Positions 1 to 14,500 of a stretch of 64,000 nt of DNA are shown here, one piece after another. The position numbers and the translations under genes are program-made. The stretch's first letter is position 1; each line of letters begins with the position of its first letter. The notes beneath the pieces are model-generated. The model was given only the letters and a program-made list of their open reading frames with translations. It made no database searches and was not told the origin of the DNA. The stretch covers positions 1 to 64,000 of the forward strand of contig CAXHJY010001532.1 in NCBI GenBank assembly GCA_964016885.1, in the 5' to 3' direction. Origin of the DNA: Eledone cirrhosa (Eukaryota).

Positions 1-769
1 CGAGAATGAAAAGAATATACAGGCATGACTACTATATATAGTAGTAATGGCATTCAATCAGAACAATAACAACAATACTAACAATGTTAGCAGTAAATTA
101 TTTGAAATAATCACAACATCAATCTAGGTGGGAAGTATAGTATATCTACTATTTTAGCGTGTAAAACTAGCTGACATGAGGCAGATGTATAAAATTGACA
201 TGTAAAAGCTGTCATGGGGTGTGTTATATCTAGTGTAAAGATAAGCCGGTGTCTTTAAACAATTTAGGTCTGGCGGCCGTAAGAATCGTTTATTATCTGA
301 CAGATGAAGAATTTATCACTGTAGTGAGATTTGTGTGGTCTATATTAGATGAAAGGATTGTCTAGCTTTCTCATCATCAATAACATACATGTATAAGACA
401 ACATTAACAGAGTAGCAATATAATAGGCAAGTTAATACAAAGGTTAAGGAGGCAATATATATATATACATACATGCACACAAACATATATATATATATAC
501 ATACACATATATACATACATATAAAGAGAAAACATGCTGACTATAATTATAACAAGAGGAAGGTAAAGTTCTGTTGTAGTAGTATTTTGAAATGGTCTTG
601 GATTTAGGTTCAAGTGCTGACAGCAGCTGAGAAGAGATATGCTTATGGGTTGATGAGGTACTTACAGACATTAGTGTGGTATAGAACTAAGAAGGCTAGA
701 ATGTACTTAATGATTATATTTCTGTGGTGGTTTGTGCAGTGTAGTGGGTATCCTAAGTTGAAAGCTAGG

Positions 770-895
770 TTACGTCGGTTCGATTCTCGGAAGTTTAAAT
801 CTTGTGAATTTAGTGGCGATCCTGTGTCTGCAGAAGATAGATCTTTCTAACTTGTTGTTAAGTAGCCGTGTCACTCTTCTTTCCTGATTTATCAT
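770..895 (-). mobile_element. Remnant of a PLE GIY-YIG C-terminus (Naiad-like); 1-770 is probably its 3' trailer
   Basis: Minus strand reads RLLNNKLERSIFCRHRIATKFTRFKLPRIEPT*, matching the LLNKKSEVFATCQHR tail of ORF 17627..18943 and LLNKRQELIISCNHR of ORF 34238..34471. Confidence 0.45.
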
Positions 896-1071
896 TACTC
901 CAAGTGTTTACAACATAGGAATTACAGCGTACTCGCAGCATCACTGTGGAAACGCCTTGTTGAGTCAAACTTAGCCAAGCTTGATATCATCCGCTACTCG
1001 GAGTACCATAACTGGACTACACCTAAGTGGACTACCTATAACAATAATTTGTTACCCCGTATAATATATAT

Positions 1072-1194
<123 letters not shown>

Positions 1195-1296
1195 TATATA
1201 ATATAAATATTGAAGTTTCCGTTGAAAATTGAAAAAGTCATAGGAGTGAAGAGTGCTCTATGTAAGTTACAGAGCTACATATTTCACTATGTTTTA

Positions 1297-1374
1297 AATT
1301 GCCTTGTCTGACGAACGAATGAGAACGATTTTTGTATTCGTCTTATTCGGGAAACCTCTGGTAATGAGGTAATT
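1297..1374 (+). ncRNA. Type I hammerhead ribozyme motif (PLE terminal repeat)
   Basis: Stem I aattgccttgt/atgaggtaatt; core CTGACGA 1308-1314; stem II cgaatgag..cga/tcg..cttattcg; GAAA 1351-1354; stem III acc-tct-ggt; GUA cleavage triplet ending 1363. Homologous copy at 32967-33044. Confidence 0.8.
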
Positions 1375-1452
1375 ATATTGTATTGTTTATTATACATTAT
1401 ATATATTATAATATGTATATATATATATATATATAATATATATGTATATAAC

Positions 1453-1548
<96 letters not shown>

Positions 1549-1551
1549 ATA

Positions 1552-2455
1552 TCATTATCTATAAAAGGCAGATTGTTGTTATTGTGTGTGTGTGTGTGTG
1601 CATGTTCCATGTTTATACATTTGCACAATTTCAAACCGATTCGACTCAACGTCTGTAAGAATGTTGTAAATGGACTAACTTAGGTTAACGACTATTTATT
1701 TCATTCAAATTCACCCACAATTATGGAAATAATCGATAAAACTAAATACATGACGCTTTACCCCTCTCTCTACCCCCCCTTAAAATTCGATAAAACTACA
1801 TACATGCTGCAACTTTCTCTTATATACGATTAAACTTACAAACTTTAAGAGAGAGAGAGAACGTTTGTTTTTGAGTGTGGAACGGTCAAACATTTATTTA
1901 CTTCAATGACAAAGAGAACTTATTACATTTCATACGAAACAACAATTATTCAAAAGCAACAGTTAAATTTATTCAACAACAAAACAAATAGCGATAAATC
2001 TTTTTTAAAACAACTATCAACGAACATGGAAGAAAGAAGTATCAGTTCATTTACTATACACAATAATATCCTCTATGAGGTCACTAAACCTGCTAGAAAC
2101 AGCAGCTAACTCTCCCCCATATCACACCCCTCCCTACTGTCATAAATTTAGAAAATACACATTAGACAACCATGCTGAACAACTCCATCGCAGCTCTGTT
2201 GTTCGGCTGGCATCGTCTATGCGTGTGTTGCGCAAGTACTGTGAAACAATAAATTTCAACACTTCTTTGCACAGAGATAATATCCATAGGCAAAACTACA
2301 ATTGGCACTGTTGGCGAAGCTCCTGCTTCGGCAGTCCAGGTCTCCAATTCATTCACCCAGTGCCTGGCAGACAAAAAAGTGCTGCCATAAAATGGGTGGT
2401 GCAACCTAACTTTGGTAACTTACTGACCCCGAGCAACGCCGGGCTTTAATGCTAG
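1552..2455 (+). mobile_element. Non-autonomous Helitron-like element
   Basis: 3' end has GC hairpin cccgagcaacgccggg (2428-2443) followed 8 nt later by CTAG (2452-2455) and then T, the canonical Helitron 3' terminus. A TC..tataaaa start with (TG)n near 1552-1600 is the presumed 5' end (less certain). Confidence 0.6.
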
Positions 2456-2559
2456 TATATATATATAATATATATATAATATTTATATATATATATAATA
2501 TTTATATATATATATAATATTTATATATATATATATATAATTATGTATATATATATATA

Positions 2560-2638
<79 letters not shown>

Positions 2639-2691
2639 TATGTAAATATTATATATATTATATATATATATATATATATAAATATTATATA

Positions 2692-2748
<57 letters not shown>

Positions 2749-2797
2749 TATATATATATATATAATATATATAATATTTATATATATATATAATATT

Positions 2798-2840
<43 letters not shown>

Positions 2841-2872
2841 TAAGTATATATATATATATATATAATATTTAA

Positions 2873-2903
<31 letters not shown>

Positions 2904-2940
2904 ATGTATATATCTATATATAATATTTATGTATATATAT
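2456..2940. repeat. (TA)n-rich microsatellite tract
   Basis: Directly visible imperfect TA repeat. Confidence 0.95.
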
Positions 2941-3631
2941 TTGTCCCAATAACTTATTTTAGTTATTGCTCGCACCAACGTGAGGTATATGATTTTTAAT
3001 GCGATGAAATACCAATGATCGTTGGCAAATCACTGATGAGGGACTCATTTTATAATATGTAATCCATGTGCAACCATGCAGTATTCTTCTCCCCATATTT
3101 TTCATATATTTACATAAACTGCGATTCTATGTTTCTCTCTTTCTCTCTTACTGCTCCCTCGTTCTCCCTGTTTCTCTTACTTTCTTTCGTCCCCTCTGTC
3201 ATGTCAGTTAACACTTTCTCTCTACTGACCTCTTCCTCGCACTTCCACTCACTCACCCTCTGTTTCTCCCCTTCTCACTTCCTCCCGTTCGCTACGAATC
3301 CGATTTTCCTTCTTTCTCACATCAAATTCACAAGTGAAAGGTCTGTTCTTACACGCTCATGAATTCTCCCAGTTTATGCTGACCGAATAACCATGTTGCT
3401 TGTTTTTCTTTCCATCTTCGGTTAGCTTTCCCCTGTGTTGTTTACTTGTCTCACTCGCTTTACGCGTTTCACTTGTCCCAATAACTTATTTTAGTTATTG
3501 CTCGCACCAACGTTAGGTATATGATTTTTAATGCGATGAAATACCAATGATCGTTGGCAAATCACTGATGAGGGACTAATTTTATAATATGTAATCCATA
3601 TGCACCCATGCAGTATTCTTCTCCCCATATT

Positions 3632-3638
<7 letters not shown>
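2941..3638 (+). repeat. Direct repeat pair (~165 bp; 2941-3105 and 3473-3638), probable PLE terminal-repeat fragment
   Basis: ttgtcccaataacttatt...cactgatgagggact...catgcagtattcttctccccatatttttc occurs twice, 532 bp apart. Each copy has CTGATGA but no complete ribozyme. Confidence 0.7.
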
Positions 3639-3717
<79 letters not shown>

Positions 3718-3861
3718 GTGAGGTTTTCTTTTTTTTTTTTTTTTACAAAAGGAAAAATAACCGAGGTGTCCTACACGAGTGAAAGTATAAAGAAAAAGAG
3801 ATGAAATCGAAAATGCAACTGGAGTCTTATTTAAAAAAAAAATATATATATTTATTTGGTT

Positions 3862-3899
3862 CCTTTACCGGTTTCGCAGTTCTTCTGCTTTTCAAAAGG
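3862..3899 (-). ncRNA. Minimal type I hammerhead, U3-A8 core variant
   Basis: Minus strand: cctt-TTGAAAA-gcag aagaa ctgc-GAAA-ccgg-TA-aagg; stem I cctt/aagg, stem II gcag/ctgc, palindromic stem III ACCGGT. Confidence 0.75.
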
Positions 3900-4347
3900 T
3901 GAGTTGAGATGGAGGGTCTGTGGTTTTTCTCACATCTGGTTGGTCTCTGAATGTTACTTGTTTTATATGGAAAAAGTGGCTCGAAATGCCAGGTTTTTCG
4001 AGAAGTAATTTGATTGGTTTGTCAATAATTATAATAAATTTCGCGCCAGTTCGCGTTACAATAGTTCTTCAAATAGAGCGGGGGTGGGGGGTGGGGGTTG
4101 TCACAGGTTGTTTTTTCATATATGAGTGTTTGAATTTCTTTTTACTTGAAAAAAGGAGGCTCACGAAGGCTTTTTTTTGGTTGGTTATAAATGAAATTTG
4201 GCTGTCACGTGAACAAGTTTTCATTACATTTTTGCGCCCTTATTTGGAAAACTATTCTGTAGTCTTTATAGTGAATGTTATGACAATGGAAAGTTAGTGG
4301 TCAAGAGAAAAGGGATTGAGAGAATTGTTCTGGTTCAGTGAATATGG

Positions 4348-4525
4348 TTAGTTCGCTGGGGTGTCAGAGTTCAGATTTTCTATGTATGTTTATTTGTGTG
4401 TATGTGTGTGTGTGTGTGTGTATGTGTGTATTGGAAGATGATTCTATTAGTAGAGATGGGGGAGGGAGTTGTGTGTTAGTTCGCTGGGGTGTCAGAGTTC
4501 AGATTTTCTATGTATGTTTATTTGT

Positions 4526-4566
<41 letters not shown>

Positions 4567-4612
4567 TATTGGAAGATGATTCTATTAGTAGAGATGGGGG
4601 AGGGAGTTGTGT
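4348..4612. repeat. Tandem duplication, ~128-bp unit x2, containing (TG)n
   Basis: ttagttcgctggggt...ggaagatgattctattagtagagatggggg starts at about 4348 and 4476. Confidence 0.85.
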
Positions 4613-6633
4613 GTGTGTGTATATGGGTGTTATGTGTGTGTGTGCGAGTATGTTAAGATGGAGAGAATATATATTTTGTGTGTGTGTATATATATATGTG
4701 TGTAGGAAAGTGGTTCTATTAGTAGAAATGGGGAGGGAGTTGTAGGTGTGGGGGTTGTTATGTGTGTGTATGGATGTTATGTGTGTGGGAGTATGGTTAG
4801 CATGTTAAGATGAAGAGAATATATATATATATATATTGTGTGTGTGTGTGTATGTGGTTGTGTAGGAAAGTGATTCCTTTAGTAGGAATATTTTTGAATG
4901 AACATATTTTCCTTATTCGTGTTTGCTGTTGTATTGTCAGTGCAAACGTATGTTAAGGTTTATTTAGTTCGGGATTTTATTTTCTAAAGTAGAAGGTGTT
5001 ATGTGTGTGTGTGTATGTCATATTGTGGTGTTGACATAATGTATATTAAACCTTATTTAATGTTGGTCTATATTTTTGAATAAACATATTTTCCTTATTT
5101 ATTCGCATTTGTTCTGTTGTATTGTTAGCGCAAAGGTAAAATGGGAAGACTTGGAATTTGGGTGTCTTATTACTTGCGCAAATGTCTAGATGTGCACTTA
5201 GTGGTATCTGTCTCGTGGTTGGATCTCGTAATTGTTGGCGATGAACTGTCATTCTGTTTCTGAGTGTGAGTTTAGTTTGTCCTATATAATCTTCATTGCA
5301 TCCTTTACATTTAATGGCATAAATTAGATTTTTTGATGAGCAAGTGAAGTGATTTTTTACAGTAAAATTCTGTCCTGATTTAAATGTATACGTGTTGCCT
5401 TCAATGAGGTGAGTGCAGGTTCCACAATTAGAGCGACCACATATATAAAATTTAAAAATATATAAGAGCAATATAACTGTTAAATATTCAAATAATTTAA
5501 ATTACTGAAGAAAGAGGAAAGACAAGAAAGGCATAGAGAAAAAACAGATGAGGGGATAATATAGCTAGTAGGAGCATAGAAAACAAAGGAGAGTTGATTA
5601 CAGAGAGAGAGATAAAGAGGAATAACTTATATAGTGTAATATATAGGGAGATATTAATTGTATATTTCTATATAGAACAACATTTGGGCTTAGCTTTAGA
5701 AAAAACTCAATTCATTGAATTATTGAATTATCTAAAAGTATTTATCAATCGAGATTTTAAATATAATTGGGTGTATGCTTATGAAGGTTAATAACAAGTC
5801 TTTAGATAATTATCTATATATCAATATATATCCAAACGTATCTGGTTGACCGTTAACATACAAATCATTTAATTTAAGTTAGTTCAGAGTAATGAATAAT
5901 ATTTTAGGTTATAAAAGTTAATAAATATCAGTATTAATATTAAAGTATACTATCATATTTAATTTATAAAATCAAATTTTATGAAATCAAATTTAAAGGA
6001 TTTACAAACACGAGAAAGAAAACAATGTTTTTACATCCTCACGAAGGTAAACTTTACTAAATTTATTATATAATATTAAATTATTTATATTATATTGAAA
6101 ATAGTTTACATTATATAATTTAGAAAATAATTAGTTATAATTTTTAAAGAATTTTAAGATTAACAATTTGAATGCCTTAAGGATCAACAGGCCTTATAAT
6201 CAAACTTTAATAAAGTTTGATTATTAAATTATATATATGCGTTTATCAAAAAATACACAAAGATTATATTGTCTAAAGATTAAGATTATACCTCTCAATT
6301 AGACATAACATAATACAATACAATAAATAAGTTACTGATAATATTGTTAAAATTAATGTTTTAAATCAATTATTATAATAGGATCATTTAATAGATATAT
6401 ACTATAAATATACAAGTCAAAACTTCATGAATCCTAAGGATAACGACTAGATTCAAAATAAAAAGTGAAATAATGAATTGTTTGCGATCATAACAGTGCC
6501 CAATATAAAATAAAATAGTTTAAAAATGCAAGAGAGTTTTTTATTTTTAAGATTTTTAAGATTCCTTGTCGAGTGGTTTCAATCTATTGTAAAACTCATT
6601 CTTTGATTTATTCATTGAAACTTGTTTAACCTT

Positions 6634-6703
<70 letters not shown>

Positions 6704-6706
<3 letters not shown>

Positions 6707-8560
6707 TACAAGGGTGAAGGAGATGCCCTAGATAGGGGTAACTATAGAGGCATTAAATTAATCGACCAGGTCATGAAGGTCACAGAAAAAGTAATAGCGC
6801 AACTAATCAGAGAACGAATTGATCTAGATGAAATGCAGTTCGGGTTTGTGTCAGGTAAAAGTACCACAGACGCCCTTTTCATTGTACGACAACTACAGGA
6901 GAAGTACCTAGCTAAAAGTAAACCCCTATACTTAGCTTTTGTTGACTGGAGAAAGCCTTTGACAGAGTCCCCCGCTCCATTATCTGGTGGGCTCTTAGAA
7001 AACTAGGTGTTGATGAATGGCTTGTGAGAGCTATACAAGCCATGTATAAAGAAACAGTCAGCAAGGTTAGAATTAACAGCGAATATAGTGAAGAGTTTAG
7101 CGTAAAAGTCGGTGTTCATCAGGGCTCCGTTCTTAGCCCCCTACTATTTATTATTGCCCTTCAGGCTATAACAGTGGAGTTCAAGACTGGTTGCCCATGG
7201 GAACTCTTATACGCAGATGATCTAACGCTCATAGCTGAATCAATGGCTGAACTAGAGAAGAAATTCCAAACATGGAAGCATGGCCTAGAATCAAAAGGCC
7301 TTAAAGTTAACTCGTCTAAGACTAAAGTTCTAGTTTGTAGGAAGGAAAATAGGGCACCGGTCCCATCTGGGAAATGGCCAGGCTCAGTGTGTAGGAAAGG
7401 AGTAGGCAGAAACTCCATTTTATGTCCCAAATGCAAAGTATGGGTGCATAAAAGATGTAGTGGGGTCACAGGTAAGCTAACTAAGAATATAGATTTTATA
7501 TGTGGCCGATGCTCTGGTGCAATAAGTAGTAGCAAGTGCCCACAGAATACTAACTCATTCCATTGCACAGATGGTTCTATAGAAATAGTGGACACCTTCC
7601 GTTACCTGGGTGACAAAATCAACAGTGGGGGAGGTTGCTCTGAAAGTACAGTAGCTAGAGTCAGAACGGGATGGAAAAAGTTCAGAGAGCTTATACCACT
7701 ATTGGCCGCTAAAGGGTTCTCTCTAAAAATGAAAGGCAGGCTGTATGATGCCTGCATACGAACAGCAATGTGACATGGCAGTGAGACCTGGGCATTGTGT
7801 GCAGAGGATATACTCAGACTGGAGAGGAATGGAGCTTGCATGCTCCGCTGGATGTGTAATAGTAATATACGTGAACGGCAAAGCATAAACGAACTAAGGG
7901 AGAAATTAGGAACAAGAGGGATCAGATGTTGTTTACTCGAGAAAAGACAACGTTGGTACGGTCAGGTGATGCGCATGAAAGACGACAGCTGTATAAAAAA
8001 GTGCAGGGCGATAAAAATAGACGGTAGCCACGGAGTAGGCAGACCCAGAAAAACCTGGGACGACTTGATAAATTCCGACCTCACACACTTACACCTCTCC
8101 AAGACAATGTCACTGGACCGAGATCTTTGGCGCTACACAGTAATAGAGAAGACCCGCCTTGCCTAAGTACAAAGCGAAACCTACAGTCAGTAGGTACCTC
8201 CTAACAAAAATACACCCCTGTCCCACTACCCACACCTCATCCACACCACCCCCTCCAATGTGAAGTTATGTTGGTACCACAACATCCAGTCCGAAACAAA
8301 TGAGGTCGTGTAGGTGTCACGACAAAAAAACACACAGTCCACGTTGTAATGTGGCCGTGTAGGTAACACGGTAAAAAAAACCCAGTCCACACTGTAGACG
8401 TGGCTGGTGTTAGGAAGGGCATCCAACCGTAGAAAACCCGCCAGACAGTCCTATACGAACCAGGACAACCAATTTTGCCCCAAGTGGGAAAACTCCCGTC
8501 CAAACCCATGCAAGCGTGGAAGATGGACGTTAAACGATGATCATGATGATGATGATGATG

Positions 8561-8561
<1 letters not shown>
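6704..8561 (+). mobile_element. 5'-truncated RTE-clade LINE (decayed RT, 3' UTR, (GAT)n tail)
   Basis: YKGEGDALDRGNYRGIKL, QFGFVSGKSTTDA, GVHQGSVLSPLLF, LYADD, FRYLG, GRPRKTW. Frameshift near 6947 and stop at 7771. Ends in aacgatgatcatgatgatgat. Confidence 0.92.
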
Positions 8562-9580
<1,019 letters not shown>

Positions 9581-10159
9581 ATTATTGGAAAATGTGTGTA
9601 ATCCTTGGTACAGTTAGGTATATTAAGACAGGCAGGAAGAAAAAATGGCTTCACTTGTGCTTTCAACAAATTTATTTTCTTCACAAAATCCAAAAAGAAT
9701 TTTTTTCCGGATTAGAAAAAAAAATTTTTTCTTAAAAAAAATTATTTTATAAATTAAGTTAGGTCTTAGGAGTTCTTGGTTAACGTAGGAGGTATTGTTT
9801 CGTTTTTAACGCTGAGGTGCGCTTGTCAAACTGATGTGTATGTGGTGTGTTGTTCTATATATAGGGATTTAACATGTCTGTGGTGTGGTGGGGTTTTTTT
9901 TCCTTCCCCTTTTAATAAGTATATGGGTGTAGGTGTGTTGAAAAAGTGTTAATAGCAGTAATGAGTTGAGACGGTGAGTAGGGTTGGGTGGGGTGAAATG
10001 TAGCAAGTGCGGCCTGCCCCGGTCATTCTCGAAAAATTCGTTTATTCAGGGGATTCCTTTGTGTTGAGAATGGTCACAGGCAAATCGCACCTGCCAAGTT
10101 TGTAAACAATTATTTTTTTCTGAAGAATTTTTCTACGTCCATCCCAAAATTAGTCCTTT

Positions 10160-10608
10160 GTTCAACACACACATATGTGCGTATATACGTACATACACAC
10201 ACGGGCATATGTAGGAATATATAGGCACACACCATCAATCACACACCCATGTACATATACATCCACATACATACATACACAAAAACATATAAAGACACAT
10301 ATAAAAACACTTATACACATACGTACACACACGAATATGTACTCATACCTCCACATGGGTATATATATATATACATACATACATATACATACATATACAC
10401 ACATAAAGATACATAACCAAATATACATATATACCCATACACGCACACATACACACATACACACACACACGTGTACACACACACACACACACACATATAC
10501 ATATGTCCGTATATTTACCTCCGTTCACACATACATTCATACACACACACACACATACACACATACATATATATACATATATATATAGAGAGAGAGAGGC
10601 ATACACAC

Positions 10609-10685
<77 letters not shown>

Positions 10686-10882
10686 TACATACATATATGT
10701 ACACATAAACACATACAGACACAAAAACATATAAAGACACATATAAAAACACATATACATATATCCATATATATATACACACATATATATATATATATAT
10801 ACATACATACACATACACATACACATACAAGTACATACATACACACATATACACATACATATACATACATACACACATATAC

Positions 10883-10918
<36 letters not shown>

Positions 10919-11188
10919 ATACATATACATACATACACATACATACACACATATACACATATATATATATATATATATATATATGTGTACACACAAGCAC
11001 ATAAAGACACATATATACATACATATATATATATACATATATATACATACATCTACATACATACATACATATACACATACAGAAACATACACATATGTAC
11101 ACACATATATACATATATGCACATACATGCACACACACACATATATATAGATACATACATATACATACACACACATATAAACATATAT

Positions 11189-11231
<43 letters not shown>

Positions 11232-11470
11232 TATACACAAACATACACATACATACATATATATATATATATACACATATATACACACATACACACACAT
11301 ATATATATATACACACACACATACAAACATACACACATCCATACATATATATACACACACATACACAGACCCACATACATATATACCCACACGTACATAC
11401 ATCCATACATACCTACACACATATATGTGTGTGTCTCACCGTTCACTCAGATATTCATGTGTACACATAA
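10160..11470. repeat. Compound (CA)n/(TA)n/(TACA)n microsatellite inside the PLE 3' trailer
   Basis: Directly visible; it generates the spurious YIYI/VCVC ORFs. Confidence 0.9.
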
Positions 11471-11516
11471 GAAGAGGGGGGGGTAGTGAAATGGAATTTT
11501 ACCTCCGAGTGTTAAT

Positions 11517-14500
11517 TTATTTTTTCGTGTTCAGTAGTGGTTTAAATTTTTCAATGAAGAATTCTTCTTTATATCTGCGGAAATGTTCGTTATCCGACCA
11601 TATCTTGAAGAAAGGGAAGATTGTGAATTTTCCCTTCCCGCATGATGCAAAGTGTGCGCTACATGTAGTATTTCTGACTGTGGGGTCTTTAATTTGTTGT
11701 TTATGTACCCGGACTCTATCATGTAATCCCGTTCCGGTTTCCCCAATGTAATACTCTTTACACTGTGGACATGTTGCGCAATATATTAGGTTTTTCGTTT
11801 TGCAGTTCATGTTTGCATTGACCTTGAAATTATCATGGTTTTTGAAGGACAACTGTTTGCCCTCTTCGATGAGTTCACAGCTTCCACATCTAGGGTCCCG
11901 CATTTCGTCACTTGCATTGATTCCATGTTGGTCGTAAATTTTGCCTTGGTAATTAGTTTTTTAAGGTTGGGTGCTTGGCGTCTGCTATAAATTATCTCTG
12001 TTTTTTAAGAGTGCATTCATTTTGGTAGATTGCTGCAGAATCGGGAGATACTGCTTAGCAGTTTTCACAATGTTGATGTTCCCTGGGTTGTGAGTGATGA
12101 CAAAAGAGATAGCAGGGTTTTCTTTTTTATGTTGTGGGTTTGGTTTTCTCAGTGTTGTTATTGGGATGTTCTTAGCCTTGGAGATGGCTGCGTTGATGAG
12201 TTTCATCGGGTATTCTTGTTTTTTAAGGAATTTTTTCAGGTCACATAATCTTTTTTCTTGTAGTACGGGGTGTGTTGCTATAGTGCAGATGCGCCTTGCC
12301 ATGTTGAAGGGAATGTTCCTTTTCGTATGTGAGGGGTGTGCTGACCGGAAATTTAAGTATTGGTGTGTGTCAGTGGGTTTGCAAAATAGGTCCGTTATGA
12401 TATTTTCCCCTTCTTTAATGATGAGGATATCTAGAAAGGGCAGTTCCTTTTCGTTACATTCCATAGTGAATTGTATAGCTTCATGAAGCCTGTTTAAGAT
12501 CGAATAAAATTTTTGTATGTCTGTTTGGCTTCTGTTCCAGAAGATGAAGCAGTCATCTAGGTAACGTTTCCAGTTTTTATTAATGTAGAAGGCGAAGTCG
12601 TGACTGAATGTTATCTGTAGTTGGGAATATAATTTTGCCTCTAAGTGACCCATAACGAGCGTTGCATATGTAGGGGCCACTTTGGTACCCATGGCTGTTC
12701 CTTTTATTTGTAGATAAAGTTCGTTGTCAAAGAGGAAGTGGTTGTTTTCCAATACTAATTTAAGTCCTTCCAAGATGAATTCTTTGGGGAATCTTTCTGA
12801 AATGTGACTTGAGTGTTTTGTAATCCAGAAGTCCACAGCTTCAATCCCTAGGTCGTGTGGGATGTTAGTGTACAGGCTTATTACATCAAAACTGACTAGG
12901 ATTGTATCCTGGTGTACTTTTTGGGGGATATAGTTAAGGAATTCCATATCATCTCTGATGTAGCTTGGAACTTTTTTACATAGGGGTTTGAGTATGATGT
13001 CTAATAGGTTGCTAAGACGTTGTGTGCTTGAGGCTGGGCCAGCAATAATGGGGCGTAATTTTAAGTCTGTCGGTTTTGGTGCTTCGATGTAAGATGTATT
13101 TTTTCCCTTTTATGTTGTTTTGGATTTCTATGGATTTGTGAATTTTTGGTAATCCATAGAAATTGCTGGTTTTTATTTCGAAGTTGGTTAGGTAATCTAC
13201 TTCTTTTGGTGTTAGGTTGTTTTGGTACTTTGTTGTTAGTTTGCCTATTTGGTTCCTCGATTTCCTTTCTTCGTTTTTAGTGATTTTCCTGTAGAAGTTT
13301 TCGTCATTCAAGTGTGCTAGAACCATATCTTTGTAGTGGTTTGTGTCCATGATGACGATTGTTCCACCTTTGTCCGCTTCTTTTATTATTATTGAGGAAT
13401 CCCTTTGTAGCTTGTTCAATGCTAGTAGTTGGTCTGTAGGGATGTTGCGTTTGTGTTTCGTCTCGGCCGTATTTGTACGTGCTGATCGGCGAAGGCAGGT
13501 TATGTATTCCTCCAGGTATTTATCTCTATTTTGCGGGGGTGTGAAGTTCTTTTTGTTTTTCACCAGTGATTCTTCCTCGCATTGTACACCCTGGAAGAAT
13601 TCTCCTAAGCGTAATTTTCGACAGTATTCTTCTGTGTCTTTTATAACATCGGCTGTATCTGCTTTCGGAATGGGAGTGAACTTCAGTCCATTTTCTAACA
13701 GTTGTATTTCTGGTTGTGTTAATTTTTGGCTGATATATTGATTATTTTTGGTTCGATTGGTTCTTTCTCGTCAGGTGCCACTTGAAAGGTGGTGCTTTTT
13801 TCTTTTTTTCTTTCATTTGGTGCGAGGCCCCTAGTCCTAAAAAATGGGTGCCATTTGGGATAGGGGTGTTTCTGTTGTGGTGAAACCTTTGGCCCGCCGG
13901 AACTTCATGCCGGTAACTGGTTGGGCGATAGACTCTTGCGTGGTCGTTGCTGTATGGGGTTCTGGTTCTTCTGTTGTTTCGTTCAGTATTCATGTGTCTT
14001 TGATTTTGTCTCCGGTAATTGTTCTTGGTGTTATGGCAGTGGTTGTATCTGGTTCTGGTGTTGAGTATTGGGTCTGTATGTAGTTGTGTGTTTGGGGTTA
14101 CCCAATATCTGGTTGTTGTTGGTTTATTGTGTGTGGGTGCTTCATTTCTTGTGTTGTTGTATTTTCCTGAGTTCTGGGGTTTCCTATGGGTTTGTTTTCT
14201 GGGTTTTATTTGGTCTTTCCCATAGTTATCTTCATATTCTTGAAGCCATTGAGTTCTTGACTCCAAGATTTTCTTTGATTTTAACTCCTCTCTAGTTGTA
14301 TCTGTCTGCCATAGGTTAAGGAGTTTTTCACGTACATTGCCGCTGCTTCTTTTGTTTATTTCCTCTTGGATGGTGGTGTCGCATTTTTCAAATTTCTCTT
14401 TGAATTTTGGCACTCTTAGGCGGAGTAGGGTGATTTCGGTCTCAAGTGTTTGGAGTGCTAGATTTAGTCTTGTTGCAGTTTCTTCCTTTGATTCCGATGG

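Larger units (their letters stand above)
3712..5440 (-). mobile_element. 5'-truncated Penelope-like element: GIY-YIG endonuclease plus 3' trailer with hammerhead
   Basis: ORF 5046..5471 has CGRSNCGTC...NLIYAIKCKGCNEDYIGQT...RMTVHRQ...ENMFIQKYRPTLN, homologous to 11517..11903. The trailer end (3712-3935) recurs at 22608-22970. Confidence 0.85.

Noticed and set aside
3030-3070. CTGATGA hammerhead core in the direct repeats (also 3565)
   Set aside because: No downstream GAAA/stem III; at most a truncated half-ribozyme.
5480-6630. AT-rich block similar to 21150-21720 (and 23040-23780) as coding sequence
   Set aside because: Probably very old PLE remnants, but no reading frame could be reconstructed with confidence.
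10162-11751. Long ORFs rich in Y/I/V/C/H/T (also near 1.0-1.7, 8.2-8.7, 25.2-25.7, 31.5-32.8 and 48 kb)
   Set aside because: Translations of (TA)n, (CA)n and (TG)n microsatellites that lack stops by composition.
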